From Candidatus Magasanikiibacteriota bacterium (lineage in GTDB: Bacteria; Patescibacteriota; Patescibacteriia; Magasanikbacterales; GWA2-37-8), in NCBI GenBank assembly GCA_943359595.1, contig CALRIA010000003.1, forward strand, positions 3,179 through 67,178: 64,000 nt of DNA, in the 5' to 3' direction. The notes beneath the pieces were generated by a model, which saw nothing but the letters and a program-made list of their open reading frames with translations, was not told where the DNA came from and searched no databases. Shown here piece by piece: positions 1 through 8,682 of this stretch; position 1 is the first letter of the stretch; each line of letters opens with the position of its first letter. The position numbers and the translations under genes were made by a program.

Positions 1-1
1 T

Positions 2-928
2 AACTACAAATTTTTTATAGCTATCGTAGCCATATTCATAGTTGGACTTTTTGTCTATTCAACAAAAAACATCGATAATAGCGGCTTAAAAATACCAGTA
101 AAAAATTCGCGTTTACAAGTAGTCACTTCTTTCTACCCCTTATATTTTTTTACCACTCAAATCGTATTGGATAAAGCCGCTGTATACAACATTACTCCCG
201 CTGGAGCCGAACCACATGATTATGAACCCACTACCAGAGATATAGCCAAAATTGAAGATAGCCAGTTGTTAGTTCTCAATGGTGGCAAATTGGAAGCTTG
301 GGGAGAAAATATACAAAATATCTTAAGTAAAAAAAATACAACCATTATAAATGTAGGAGAAACATTAATCAATCAAGATATTACTGAAAATGACAACCAG
401 ATGCGTGATCCACATATTTGGTTAGATCCAGTATTAGCTAAAAAAGAAGTAGAAATAATTGCGAAAAATATAAGTACCATCGATCCGACTAATTCTCAAT
501 TTTACAGCGATAATTCCAAGCTTTTAATTAATAAATTGGAAAATTTAAATAGCCAATTTAAAGCTGGACTAAACAACTGTCAAAAAAAAGATATAATTAC
601 TTCACATGCCGCTTTTGGATATCTAACACGTGAATACAATCTCAACCAAATCACGATTTCTGGTTTATCACCAGATGAAGAACCTTCACCAAAAAAATTG
701 GCCGAAATCACAAAATTAGCTAAAGAAAACCAAATAAACTATATATTTTTTGAAAGTTTAGTAAGCCCAAAATTAGCCAACACTATCGCTCAAGAAATTG
801 GTGCTAAAACTTTGGTGTTAAATCCAATCGAGGGATTAACCGACGAAGAAATCAAAAATGGAAAAAATTACTTTACCGAAATGCAAAATAATTTAACTAA
901 TCTTAAAATTGCTCTAGAATGTCTATAA
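2..928 (+). CDS. znuA: Metal (zinc/manganese) ABC transporter substrate-binding protein, ZnuA/TroA family. It is 5'-partial because the reading frame is open to the window edge.
   Basis: The frame-2 translation runs from position 2 with no stop. The N-terminus has a hydrophobic signal-like segment. Motifs 'VVTSFYPLYFF...AEPHDYEPT' and 'DPHIWLDP' are typical of ZnuA/TroA. The gene sits beside an ABC ATPase and permease. Confidence 0.8.
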   Translation, partial: NYKFFIAIVAIFIVGLFVYSTKNIDNSGLKIPVKNSRLQVVTSFYPLYFFTTQIVLDKAAVYNITPAGAEPHDYEPTTRDIAKIEDSQLLVLNGGKLEAWGENIQNILSKKNTTIINVGETLINQDITENDNQMRDPHIWLDPVLAKKEVEIIAKNISTIDPTNSQFYSDNSKLLINKLENLNSQFKAGLNNCQKKDIITSHAAFGYLTREYNLNQITISGLSPDEEPSPKKLAEITKLAKENQINYIFFESLVSPKLANTIAQEIGAKTLVLNPIEGLTDEEIKNGKNYFTEMQNNLTNLKIALECL

Positions 929-1680
929 ATCACCAAAAAAATATTATTGAGGTAGAAAAAGTATCATTTTCCTATGGTAATGTTGAGGTATTAAAAGATA
1001 TCACTCTTGCTATACATCAGGGAGATTATATTAGTTTAATTGGCCCAAATGGTGGTGGTAAAACCACGCTATTAAAAATTATGCTTGGCCTCATTGAACC
1101 ACAGGCTGGTCAAATAAAATTATTTGGGGAGAAACTTCAAGATTTTAAGGACTGGTCAAAATTAGGATATGTACCACAAAAAGCCATTAATTTCGATCCA
1201 CTTTTCCCTGTTACGGTAAGAGAAGTGGTGGCTATGGGATGCTATGGAAAAAAAGGGTTGCTAAAATGGTTGAACAAAAAAGATCAAACAAATATAGATG
1301 ATGCACTGGCGCAGGTTGAAATGACCAAATATGCCGACAGATTGATTGGTAATTTATCCAGCGGTCAACAGCAACGTGTATTTATTGCTCGTGCCCTAGC
1401 TGGGAAACCAGAAGTAATCTTTTTGGATGAACCAACTGTCGGAGTAGATATCAAAACTCAAGAAGAATTTTATTCCTTGCTCACCCACCTAAATAGTGAC
1501 ATGAATATTACTCTAATCTTAATTTCGCATGATATCGACGTAGTCACCAATGAAGTTACCGAGCTAGCCTGTTTAAACCAAACTTTGGTCTACCACGGTG
1601 AACCAAAAAAATTTATGAAAGGCAACTACCTAGAAACTCTTTATGGCAAAAACGCCCGGTTTATCGATCATAATCACTAA
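919..1680 (+). CDS. znuC: Metal ABC transporter ATP-binding protein (ZnuC-like)
   Basis: Walker A 'GPNGGGKTTLLK', ABC signature 'LSSGQQQRV' and Walker B 'IFLDEPTVGVD' are present. The gene overlaps the znuA stop. Confidence 0.85.
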   Translation: MSINHQKNIIEVEKVSFSYGNVEVLKDITLAIHQGDYISLIGPNGGGKTTLLKIMLGLIEPQAGQIKLFGEKLQDFKDWSKLGYVPQKAINFDPLFPVTVREVVAMGCYGKKGLLKWLNKKDQTNIDDALAQVEMTKYADRLIGNLSSGQQQRVFIARALAGKPEVIFLDEPTVGVDIKTQEEFYSLLTHLNSDMNITLILISHDIDVVTNEVTELACLNQTLVYHGEPKKFMKGNYLETLYGKNARFIDHNH

Positions 1681-1687
1681 GTAATAT

Positions 1688-2488
1688 ATGTTAGAAATTT
1701 TTCAATACGGTTTTATTGTGCGAGGATTGGAAGCAGGCATTTTAATTGGTTTAATCGCTCCATTAATCGGTATATTTTTAGTGTTACGACGATATTCTCT
1801 AATTGCTGACACCCTATCCCATGTATCTTTGGCGGGAGTAGCAGTTGGATTATTATTGAAAATAAATCCATTATGGACCGCTCTAGGTGCTTCAGCTTTA
1901 TCTTCAATTGCTATTGAACGCCTACGTACCAGTAAAAAAATTTACGGAGAAACTGCTCTCTCTATTTTTCTATCTGGAAGTTTAGCTCTAGCAATAGTAT
2001 TAATCGGATTAGCCCACGGCTTCAGTGTTGACCTATTTAGCTATTTATTTGGAAGTATCGTGACTGTAAAACAGATAGACGTCTATATTATTCTCGGACT
2101 AAGCGTCCTAATTGCTTTGTCAGTTTTTCTTTTTTATAAAGAATTAATTTATATCGCTTTTGACGAAGAAGCGTCCACCGTCAGTGGTCTACCAGTAAAG
2201 ATATTTAACACCTTGTTTGTTTTATTAGCGGCAATAGTGATCGCCATTTCTATACCTATAATTGGAATTTTATTAATCTCAGCATTATTAGTATTACCAA
2301 CTATTACTGCTTTACAATTAAAACAAAGTTTTACAAAGACATTGCTCTGGGCGGAAATAATTTCAGTATTTTCTATTATTACTGGAATAATCACTTCCTT
2401 TTATTTAAACATTTCCTCTGGTGGCACTATTGTGTTGATCATGTTAACTATTTTTGGAATAGTATTATCCATCTATGGAAAAAAATAA
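1688..2488 (+). CDS. znuB: Metal ABC transporter permease (ZnuB-like)
   Basis: Polytopic hydrophobic 266-aa protein of ABC-3 permease type, directly downstream of the ATPase. Confidence 0.8.
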   Translation: MLEIFQYGFIVRGLEAGILIGLIAPLIGIFLVLRRYSLIADTLSHVSLAGVAVGLLLKINPLWTALGASALSSIAIERLRTSKKIYGETALSIFLSGSLALAIVLIGLAHGFSVDLFSYLFGSIVTVKQIDVYIILGLSVLIALSVFLFYKELIYIAFDEEASTVSGLPVKIFNTLFVLLAAIVIAISIPIIGILLISALLVLPTITALQLKQSFTKTLLWAEIISVFSIITGIITSFYLNISSGGTIVLIMLTIFGIVLSIYGKK

Positions 2489-2897
2489 ACAAAATAAAAT
2501 ATCGTCGATCAAAGAAAGGAACACCCCCATTCGCACTGCCCTACTAGAAATATTATCAAAGATTAAAAAACCTCTAACAACTCAAGAGTTACTATTAATC
2601 TTGGCAAAAAAAGAAATTAAAGCAAACAAAACTACTATATACAGACAGCTAGAATCACTAAAAGAAAATAACATGGTGAACGAAGTTCACTTCAACGACC
2701 GTAATACTCGCTATGAATTAAACAGCAAAGATACTCACCATCATCACCTCATCTGCAAAAAATGTAAAAAAATAGAAGATATTACTTTGTTAGAAGATTT
2801 GCAATATCAAGAAAAAATGATCTTGAAAAAAAGTAAATTTAAAGTCACACAACATTTTTTAGAATTTTTTGGACTTTGTAAAAATTGTCAAAAATAA
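2475..2897 (+). CDS. zur: Fur-family metalloregulator, probably Zur
   Basis: 140 aa with an N-terminal wHTH-like region. 'HHHHLICKKCKKIEDI' and the C-terminal 'CKNCQK' (CxxC pairs) are typical of Fur/Zur. The gene overlaps the end of the znu operon. Confidence 0.6.
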   Translation: MEKNKQNKISSIKERNTPIRTALLEILSKIKKPLTTQELLLILAKKEIKANKTTIYRQLESLKENNMVNEVHFNDRNTRYELNSKDTHHHHLICKKCKKIEDITLLEDLQYQEKMILKKSKFKVTQHFLEFFGLCKNCQK

Positions 2898-3017
2898 CTA
2901 CAATAAAAAAATCACCGACCACTCTGCTCTACACCCAAATAAAAATTTAGATACAAAGCAGTTTGGTGGTCGATGACTCTTCCTCCTCCCTACCGTCCTT
3001 GTCCAGAACGAGAAATT

Positions 3018-3215
3018 TCAGACACGTTTCTGTCCACAACGTCCGCACACGACTTGGTGTGCCAGGTTTTGATGCCCGCACTCTAGCTTTGAAACTGACC
3101 GCATCGTCGACGTACGACAACGCCAAGTTTTCTTCTGTGAAAAATAGCCGAGTCGAATCATAGCAGCAAAGAACAGCAATACCGCCGCAATGAGCAATTC
3201 AATCTTCCAATTCAT
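3018..3215 (-). CDS. Small membrane-anchored Cys-rich (zinc-ribbon-like) protein in a GC-rich islet; hypothetical
   Basis: ATG start with upstream 'AGAGGTG' ribosome-binding site. N-terminal hydrophobic helix, then the cysteines 'WRCR...ECGH...CGRCG'. Local GC is far above the surrounding DNA. Confidence 0.4.
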   Translation of the reverse strand: MNWKIELLIAAVLLFFAAMIRLGYFSQKKTWRCRTSTMRSVSKLECGHQNLAHQVVCGRCGQKRV

Positions 3216-3465
3216 GATTCACCTCTGGTTAGGGCGCACGCGCCAGTTATTCTCCCTTATCACACGGGAGAAAAATATTCCAATATATTTTAATTAGAAA
3301 ATTATTCTCCCAAATGACAACTATAAAAAGAGCAAAATCTTTAAAAGACCGTTTACTATAACATAATTATTAAAAAAAGTCAATATACAAGCAGTTTTAC
3401 CTTATTAATAACAACAAAGCAGCACCGCCAAACTCAATATGAGGAGATTCTGATGAATTAAGAAA

Positions 3466-3495
3466 AACAGGACGAAAGTCCTGTTTTTCTTTTTG
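3466..3495. terminator. Hairpin with flanking T/A runs (aacaggac-gaaa-gtcctgtt). Likely terminator for the minus-strand tRNA-Gly.
   Basis: Seen in sequence: 8-bp perfect stem, 4-nt loop, T-runs on both sides. Confidence 0.5.
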
Positions 3496-3567
3496 AGCGG
3501 GTGACGGGAGTCGAACCCGTGTTACCAGTTTGGAAAACTGGAATAATAGCCGTTATATGACACCCGC
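3496..3567 (-). tRNA. tRNA-Gly (anticodon UCC)
   Basis: Manual fold of the reverse complement 'GCGGGTG...TTCGACT...CACCCGC'. Acceptor stem is 7 bp. Anticodon stem is CCAGT/ACTGG with loop TTTCCAA. T-arm is ACGGG-TTCGACT-CCCGT. Confidence 0.8.
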
Positions 3568-3771
3568 AAATGAGTAGCAAAATGACAAAATTTATTTTGT
3601 CATTTCCTACGAATGCCGCGGGAGTACTTTAGTACACCCGCAAGGCAATAATCAACTGAATATGAGAATATATTACAAAATTATCAACAAAAAGTCAACC
3701 CCGAGTGTTGACTAAATTTTTAAAAAATTATAAAATAAATTGTATAAATTAAATACATATTAATTTTAAAT

Positions 3772-3960
3772 ATGCCAAATACATCTATCATAGATGGAGA
3801 AGAAAAAGAACCAACAGAAAGTTTGGAAGATCTACGCGATAATGAATACGAAGAAAGTCTTGATGAATATGGCGATGGCAACCAAGAAGCTGGCTGGCCA
3901 AACGCTAAAAAAGAAAAAAATACCGACCTAGAATCAGATGAAGAAGATGAAACAAACTAA
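3772..3960 (+). CDS. Hypothetical small acidic protein (62 aa)
   Basis: ORF only. Very acidic composition and no clear RBS. Confidence 0.2.
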   Translation: MPNTSIIDGEEKEPTESLEDLRDNEYEESLDEYGDGNQEAGWPNAKKEKNTDLESDEEDETN

Positions 3961-4517
3961 GCGCGGGCGCTATATTCTCCAGTTTCAGTATTGACCAATA
4001 TTTCTTCACCTTCTTTAATAAATATTGGCGCATGTACCAACAAGCCATTATCCAATTTTATTTCTTTAGTCACATTACCTGAAGCACTATCACCTCTTAC
4101 GGCTGGCGGTGCTTCCACCACTTTGTATTGAATTTTCTTTGGTAACTGAATATTCACCGGTCTTTCTTCATACAAACCAACAACTACCCCCAAACCATCT
4201 TTTAAAAATTTTGCATCATTACCCACCAAATCACCATCCATCTCAACCTGTTCATAGCTACTCATATCCATAAAAACATACTTATCGCCATTTTTATAGA
4301 GATACTGCATATTTTGAAACAGGACACTAACGATATCAATAGTTTCACTAGTTTTATAAGTAATTTCAATCACCTTACCATTAGCAAGACTTTTCATGCG
4401 AGTGCGCACAAATGCCGATCCTTTGCCAGGATTAATATGTTGAAATTCCACCACTACATACAAATCATTTTGATGTTTAATCACTACCCCTTTACGTACA
4501 TCAGATGTTGAAGCCAT
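3957..4517 (-). CDS. efp: Elongation factor P
   Basis: 186 aa. 'GKGSAFVRTRMKSL' carries the conserved Lys of the KPGKG loop. EF-P OB-fold architecture. Confidence 0.92.
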   Translation of the reverse strand: MASTSDVRKGVVIKHQNDLYVVVEFQHINPGKGSAFVRTRMKSLANGKVIEITYKTSETIDIVSVLFQNMQYLYKNGDKYVFMDMSSYEQVEMDGDLVGNDAKFLKDGLGVVVGLYEERPVNIQLPKKIQYKVVEAPPAVRGDSASGNVTKEIKLDNGLLVHAPIFIKEGEEILVNTETGEYSARA

Positions 4518-4527
4518 ATAAAAATTA

Positions 4528-5559
4528 TTAATTTATTTGATCAGCGACACTTTGAAAGATCACCTCGTTGATATCTCGTGCACCAGTAAACAATACTACC
4601 ATACGATCCACTCCCAAGGCAATACCTCCAGCTGACGAAATTCCAGAATCGAGTGCCGTAATCAAATCTTCGTCTACTGGCCAAATTTCTTTACCCAACT
4701 GTTCACGCAATGATCGATCTTTTTCTAAGTTAAATTTTTGCACTTTAGGATCAGTTAACTCTCCAAAACCATTAGCCAATTCTAAGCCTCCAATATACAA
4801 CTCCGCTCTCTGCGCATAACGATTATCGTTTTCACATAATTTAGACAATGAACACATCTGAGCAGGATAATCATAAATAAATATTGGACGATCAATCCCT
4901 AAACTTGTCTCAATTTTGTTTAAAAATAATTTGTAAAATAAATCCTCATAGCTATCCTTCATATCAACTGCAAAACCATTCTCTTGAACTAATTTTTTCA
5001 TCTGCTCTACCGACAAATAATCGTCTAAATTTACCTGTAAATATTTCTTCCACAAATCTTTAACAGAAATTCTATCCCAATCATTTAAATAATCAATCTG
5101 AAAAACACGATATTTTAATTTTTCTACATTTAGTTTTTTACCAATAAATTTAAATAAATTTTCGGCATCATCCATAAAATCCCAATACGTTCCAGGCGCA
5201 CGATACCACTCAATCATGGTAAATTCTGGATTATGTGTACCACCAAAACTTTCTACATTACGAAAACATTTACTTATTTCAAACACTCTCTGCCAACCGG
5301 CCGCCAACAATTTTTTTAAAGAATATTCTGGTGAAGTACGCAAATAAAATTTATGAGACACTTGATAAGGGTCAATAAAATCTACTGGTATTGGATTTAG
5401 ATAAGGCTCTTGCCCTGGCAAACGCAAAGCGATAGGTGTTTCTGCCTCCACAAAATCTTGTGACCAAAAAAAATTACGAATCAAATGTAAAATTTGCAAA
5501 CGTTCTTCATACACTTTTTTCAAACGCGGATTATTTTTTAGTTCATTAAAAGTAGACAT
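4528..5559 (-). CDS. epmA: EF-P lysine aminoacylase EpmA (class II LysRS paralog, GenX/PoxA)
   Basis: Class II aaRS catalytic motifs ('FRNE..THNPEFTMIEWY', 'GIALGVDRMVVLFTG'), 343 aa with no anticodon-binding domain. Immediately adjacent to efp. Confidence 0.75.
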   Translation of the reverse strand: MSTFNELKNNPRLKKVYEERLQILHLIRNFFWSQDFVEAETPIALRLPGQEPYLNPIPVDFIDPYQVSHKFYLRTSPEYSLKKLLAAGWQRVFEISKCFRNVESFGGTHNPEFTMIEWYRAPGTYWDFMDDAENLFKFIGKKLNVEKLKYRVFQIDYLNDWDRISVKDLWKKYLQVNLDDYLSVEQMKKLVQENGFAVDMKDSYEDLFYKLFLNKIETSLGIDRPIFIYDYPAQMCSLSKLCENDNRYAQRAELYIGGLELANGFGELTDPKVQKFNLEKDRSLREQLGKEIWPVDEDLITALDSGISSAGGIALGVDRMVVLFTGARDINEVIFQSVADQIN

Positions 5560-5564
5560 AATAA

Positions 5565-5598
5565 AAACATCCCGACATAATCGGGATGGTTTTTTTAT
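5565..5598 (-). terminator. Rho-independent terminator after rpsR
   Basis: Stem catcccga/tcgggatg with loop cataa, followed by a T-run on the minus strand. Confidence 0.55.
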
Positions 5599-5831
5599 TT
5601 TGGAATGAAAGGCATCAAGCTAGCTTGACGGGCGCGTTTTATGGCGTTAGCCACATGACGCTGGTGTTTGGAACAAAGACCACTACGACGTTGTGGAGCA
5701 ATCTTCATATAAGAAGACACAAAACGACGTAAATTCATAACATCTTTGTAATCTATCGCAACTTTATTGTTGACACAATAGAAACAACTTTTAATTTCGG
5801 TTTTATGGTTAGTGTTACTAGTTACTGACAT
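5595..5831 (-). CDS. rpsR: 30S ribosomal protein S18
   Basis: 78 aa. 'CFYCVNNKVAIDYKDV...RRSGLCSKHQRHVANAIKRAR' is typical of S18. Confidence 0.9.
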   Translation of the reverse strand: MSVTSNTNHKTEIKSCFYCVNNKVAIDYKDVMNLRRFVSSYMKIAPQRRSGLCSKHQRHVANAIKRARQASLMPFIPK

Positions 5832-5843
5832 AATTTATTTTTT

Positions 5844-6284
5844 TTAAAAAGGAATATCTTCAACTTTAATTTCTTCTTCAATGACTGGCTGAGGTTCATC
5901 AGATGATTCAACGTTTTGACTACTAGGTATAGAATCTGATGTTGCGCCACTACGAGCTGGGCCATCCAGCATGATCATATTATCGGCAATAATCTCAGTG
6001 CGATATCTTTTGACTCCATCTTGTCCAGTCCAATCGCGGGTCTTTAGACGACCTTCGACGTACATACGAGCACCTTTACGCAAATATTGCCCGGCAATAT
6101 CAGCTAATTTTGACCACATAACAATATTATGGAACTCTGACTCTTTTTGTTTCTGACCAGCTTGATCGGTCCAGGTTCTTCCAGTAGCAACAGTAATTGA
6201 AGCCACAGAACGACCTGCAGGAGTGCTACGCACTTCAGGATCACGAGTCAAACGACCAATTAGAGTAACACGATTTAAGTCCAT
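5844..6284 (-). CDS. ssb: Single-stranded DNA-binding protein
   Basis: OB-fold N-terminus 'VTLIGRLTRDPEVR', acidic C-terminal tail ending 'EDIPF'. Confidence 0.9.
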   Translation of the reverse strand: MDLNRVTLIGRLTRDPEVRSTPAGRSVASITVATGRTWTDQAGQKQKESEFHNIVMWSKLADIAGQYLRKGARMYVEGRLKTRDWTGQDGVKRYRTEIIADNMIMLDGPARSGATSDSIPSSQNVESSDEPQPVIEEEIKVEDIPF

Positions 6285-6301
6285 ATATTTTCGTTTAATT
6301 A

Positions 6302-6775
6302 TTAAACGCCACTAATTATTTCTCCTGACAAAATTTCCTCCAATTTTTTATCGATATCTTGGATAGACACTTTTTTATCAACAGGTTTATCAGCTGGTTT
6401 TTCATTTTTTTCTGTTACAACAACTTCTTCATTATTCATATTTGCACCAGTTATCGTGGTAGTAAACGACATTTTAGAAGCTGGAGTATAGTTTGGATTA
6501 TAGACAGAGATAATAGCTCGCAACAAATCGCGCATTAATTCCAATTTTGTTTGTAATGCCTTTAATTCTTTGGTTTCAGCACCGAAAATAACGGTGTAAA
6601 AATATCCATAACGAATTTGTTTGATAGGATAAGCCAAACGCATTTTACCCATAGAAGCAATTTCTGCTTCAGTAGCATATTCTTTCACTGCAGAAAGAAT
6701 TTCATTGGAGCGATTTTCGGCTTCTTTTTCATCCAAAGTACCCGGCAAAACCAATAATAGTTCGTATTTCTTCAT
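6302..6775 (-). CDS. rpsF: 30S ribosomal protein S6 (extended C-terminus)
   Basis: 'MKKYELLLVLPGTLDE' is typical of S6. Classic rpsF-ssb-rpsR gene order. Confidence 0.88.
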   Translation of the reverse strand: MKKYELLLVLPGTLDEKEAENRSNEILSAVKEYATEAEIASMGKMRLAYPIKQIRYGYFYTVIFGAETKELKALQTKLELMRDLLRAIISVYNPNYTPASKMSFTTTITGANMNNEEVVVTEKNEKPADKPVDKKVSIQDIDKKLEEILSGEIISGV

Positions 6776-6788
6776 AATGTATTTTAAA

Positions 6789-6817
6789 ATTCTAAGCCAA
6801 AATAGGCTTACTTACAA
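6789..6817 (-). promoter_or_regulatory. Candidate sigma70 promoter for the rpsF operon: TTGTAA-N17-TAGAAT on the minus strand
   Basis: Read in the reverse complement just upstream of the rpsF start. Spacing is 17. Confidence 0.35.
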
Positions 6818-6916
6818 TAAATTTTCTTTAGATACTTCGTAGATAGGCAAAAATATAATACCATAAATCCAAAAAAAGTCAATATCGACAGTTGCATTAG
6901 AAACTTAGAATAAATT

Positions 6917-6926
6917 GTGCTATAAT
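6917..6926 (+). promoter_or_regulatory. Candidate extended -10 (TGcTATAAT) upstream of pilB
   Basis: Seen about 30 nt upstream of the pilB ATG. Confidence 0.3.
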
Positions 6927-6956
6927 TAAACGGCAAAAGATTAAAATATCTTATTT

Positions 6957-8678
6957 ATGCTTTCAGCCAAAACACTAAAATCCGTATTGAATAAGTTAGA
7001 CAAAAAAGTCGGCAACCGTCAGCTAACTGAGGCACAAGAAAAGGCTGAAAATACTCACAAAACACTTGAAGAAGTGTTAATTTCAGATGCTCTAGTGGAG
7101 GAAAGTGAATTATACCAAAAAGCGGCCCTAGTTTTGAATGTGCCATTAATTAATTTAAAAGGCAAAGAAATCAAAAAAGATATTTTGAACCTCATTCCTG
7201 GTCCAGTGGCTGGAACACATCAGGTCGTGGCCTTTGAAAAAGACAAAGATCAGCTAAAGTTAGCCATGACTGACCCAACCGATATCCAAACAATTGAATT
7301 CTTACGACGTAAAACCGGTTTAGAACCAGTTGTCTATATCACTACCCCAAGCGATCTAAAAGATGCCGTTCGACGCTATCATGCTGAGTTAAAAGATGAG
7401 TTTTTGGTTGTTAAACAAGAGTCTGGCGAAGGTGTTGCTCAAGGAGATCTCAAAAAAGCCGCCGAAGAACTACCTATTATTAACATTGTAAACAGTATTT
7501 TAGAACATGCGGTATACGAAAATGCTTCAGATATTCATATTGAACCAGAAGAAAAAGAAGTAGCAATCAGATATCGCATTGATGGTATTTTAAAAGCCAT
7601 TATGACTCTTCCAAAAAATGTTCAGAGTGGCATTACAGCTAGAATAAAAATTCTATCCAACCTAAAATTGGATGAACATATGGTTCCTCAAGACGGTCGT
7701 TTCAAAATTCAGATCCAAGATGAAAAATTAGCTTTTCGTGTATCAATTATACCAGTTTATGATGGAGAAAAAATTGTTATGCGCTTATTGCGTGAAGGCA
7801 CAAAATCGCTTACCTTAGAAGAACTAGGTTTTTTGGAAAGTGCCAAAAATAAGCTAGAATCAGCTATAAAAAAGCCACATGGGATGATATTGGTTACCGG
7901 ACCAACTGGTTCGGGAAAAACTACCACGCTATACTCGGTGTTGGGAATATTAAACCAACCAGGAGTAAATATCTCAACAGTAGAAGATCCTATCGAATAT
8001 CGCGTCAATGGGGTTAACCAGAGCCAAATCAACCCTAAGGTTGGGTTTACTTTTGCCAATGGCTTACGCTCTCTCTTGCGCCAAGATCCAAACATCATAA
8101 TGGTTGGGGAAATCCGTGACCAAGAAACTGCTGACATTTCTATCAATGCCGCCATGACTGGTCACTTGGTACTTTCTACCCTACATACCAACGATGCCCC
8201 AACGACCTTGCCGCGTCTCATAGACATGGGGATTCCACCATTTTTAGTAGCGTATACGGTAAACATAATTGTCGCTCAACGTTTGGTGCGTAAAATTTGT
8301 CCTTATTGTAAAAAAGAATTTATTTTAGAAGGAGCCGCTCTAGATGAATTGGCCAAGATGTTTGAGATCAAAAAATTATCTGAACTTTTCAAACAAAATA
8401 TCAAAGATTTCGATACCAAAATTAATTCTTTGTCATTTTATCAAGGTGCAGGTTGTATGCGTTGTGGTCAAACTGGCTACAAAGGACGTATGGGAATTTA
8501 TGAAGTAATGGAAATTGACGAAGGCATGGCCAAAAAAATCAATGAACGTGCGCCAGCTGATGAAATAAAGAAATATGCCAGAGAGCACGGCATGACAACC
8601 ATGTTGGAAGATGGATTGGTCAAAGCAAAACTTGGTGTTACATCTATCAATGAAATATTACGCGTCACCAAAGAATAA
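6957..8678 (+). CDS. pilB: Type IV pilus assembly ATPase PilB/GspE family
   Basis: N-terminal GSPII_E_N-like region, Walker A 'GPTGSGKTTTLYS', Asp/His boxes, C-terminal tetracysteine 'CPYC...CMRCGQTG'. Confidence 0.9.
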   Translation: MLSAKTLKSVLNKLDKKVGNRQLTEAQEKAENTHKTLEEVLISDALVEESELYQKAALVLNVPLINLKGKEIKKDILNLIPGPVAGTHQVVAFEKDKDQLKLAMTDPTDIQTIEFLRRKTGLEPVVYITTPSDLKDAVRRYHAELKDEFLVVKQESGEGVAQGDLKKAAEELPIINIVNSILEHAVYENASDIHIEPEEKEVAIRYRIDGILKAIMTLPKNVQSGITARIKILSNLKLDEHMVPQDGRFKIQIQDEKLAFRVSIIPVYDGEKIVMRLLREGTKSLTLEELGFLESAKNKLESAIKKPHGMILVTGPTGSGKTTTLYSVLGILNQPGVNISTVEDPIEYRVNGVNQSQINPKVGFTFANGLRSLLRQDPNIIMVGEIRDQETADISINAAMTGHLVLSTLHTNDAPTTLPRLIDMGIPPFLVAYTVNIIVAQRLVRKICPYCKKEFILEGAALDELAKMFEIKKLSELFKQNIKDFDTKINSLSFYQGAGCMRCGQTGYKGRMGIYEVMEIDEGMAKKINERAPADEIKKYAREHGMTTMLEDGLVKAKLGVTSINEILRVTKE

Positions 8679-8682
8679 ATTT

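Noticed and set aside
2963-3163. 66-aa plus-strand ORF antisense to the small Cys-rich ORF.
   Set aside because: Ser/Arg-rich with no ribosome-binding site. The minus-strand ORF has a proper start context.
2940-3260. tmRNA, RNase P RNA or SRP RNA as the identity of GC islet 1.
   Set aside because: By eye I could not find the tmRNA 5' GGGG...GGAUUCGACGGG or 3' tRNA-like end, the RNase P 'GGAAAGUCCGG' / 'ACAGAANCCGGCUUA' boxes, or the SRP 'GGUCCGGAAGGAAGCAGC' motif. It remains possible and needs cmscan.
7757-8155. 132-aa minus-strand ORF inside pilB.
   Set aside because: Antisense to the Walker-box region of a clearly real ATPase gene. It is a shadow ORF.
8611-8682. Upstream in-frame start for pilC that overlaps the pilB 3' end by 68 nt.
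   Set aside because: An ATG follows 5 nt after the pilB stop and gives a PilC of typical length. The upstream extension is hydrophilic read-through of the pilB C-terminal coding region.
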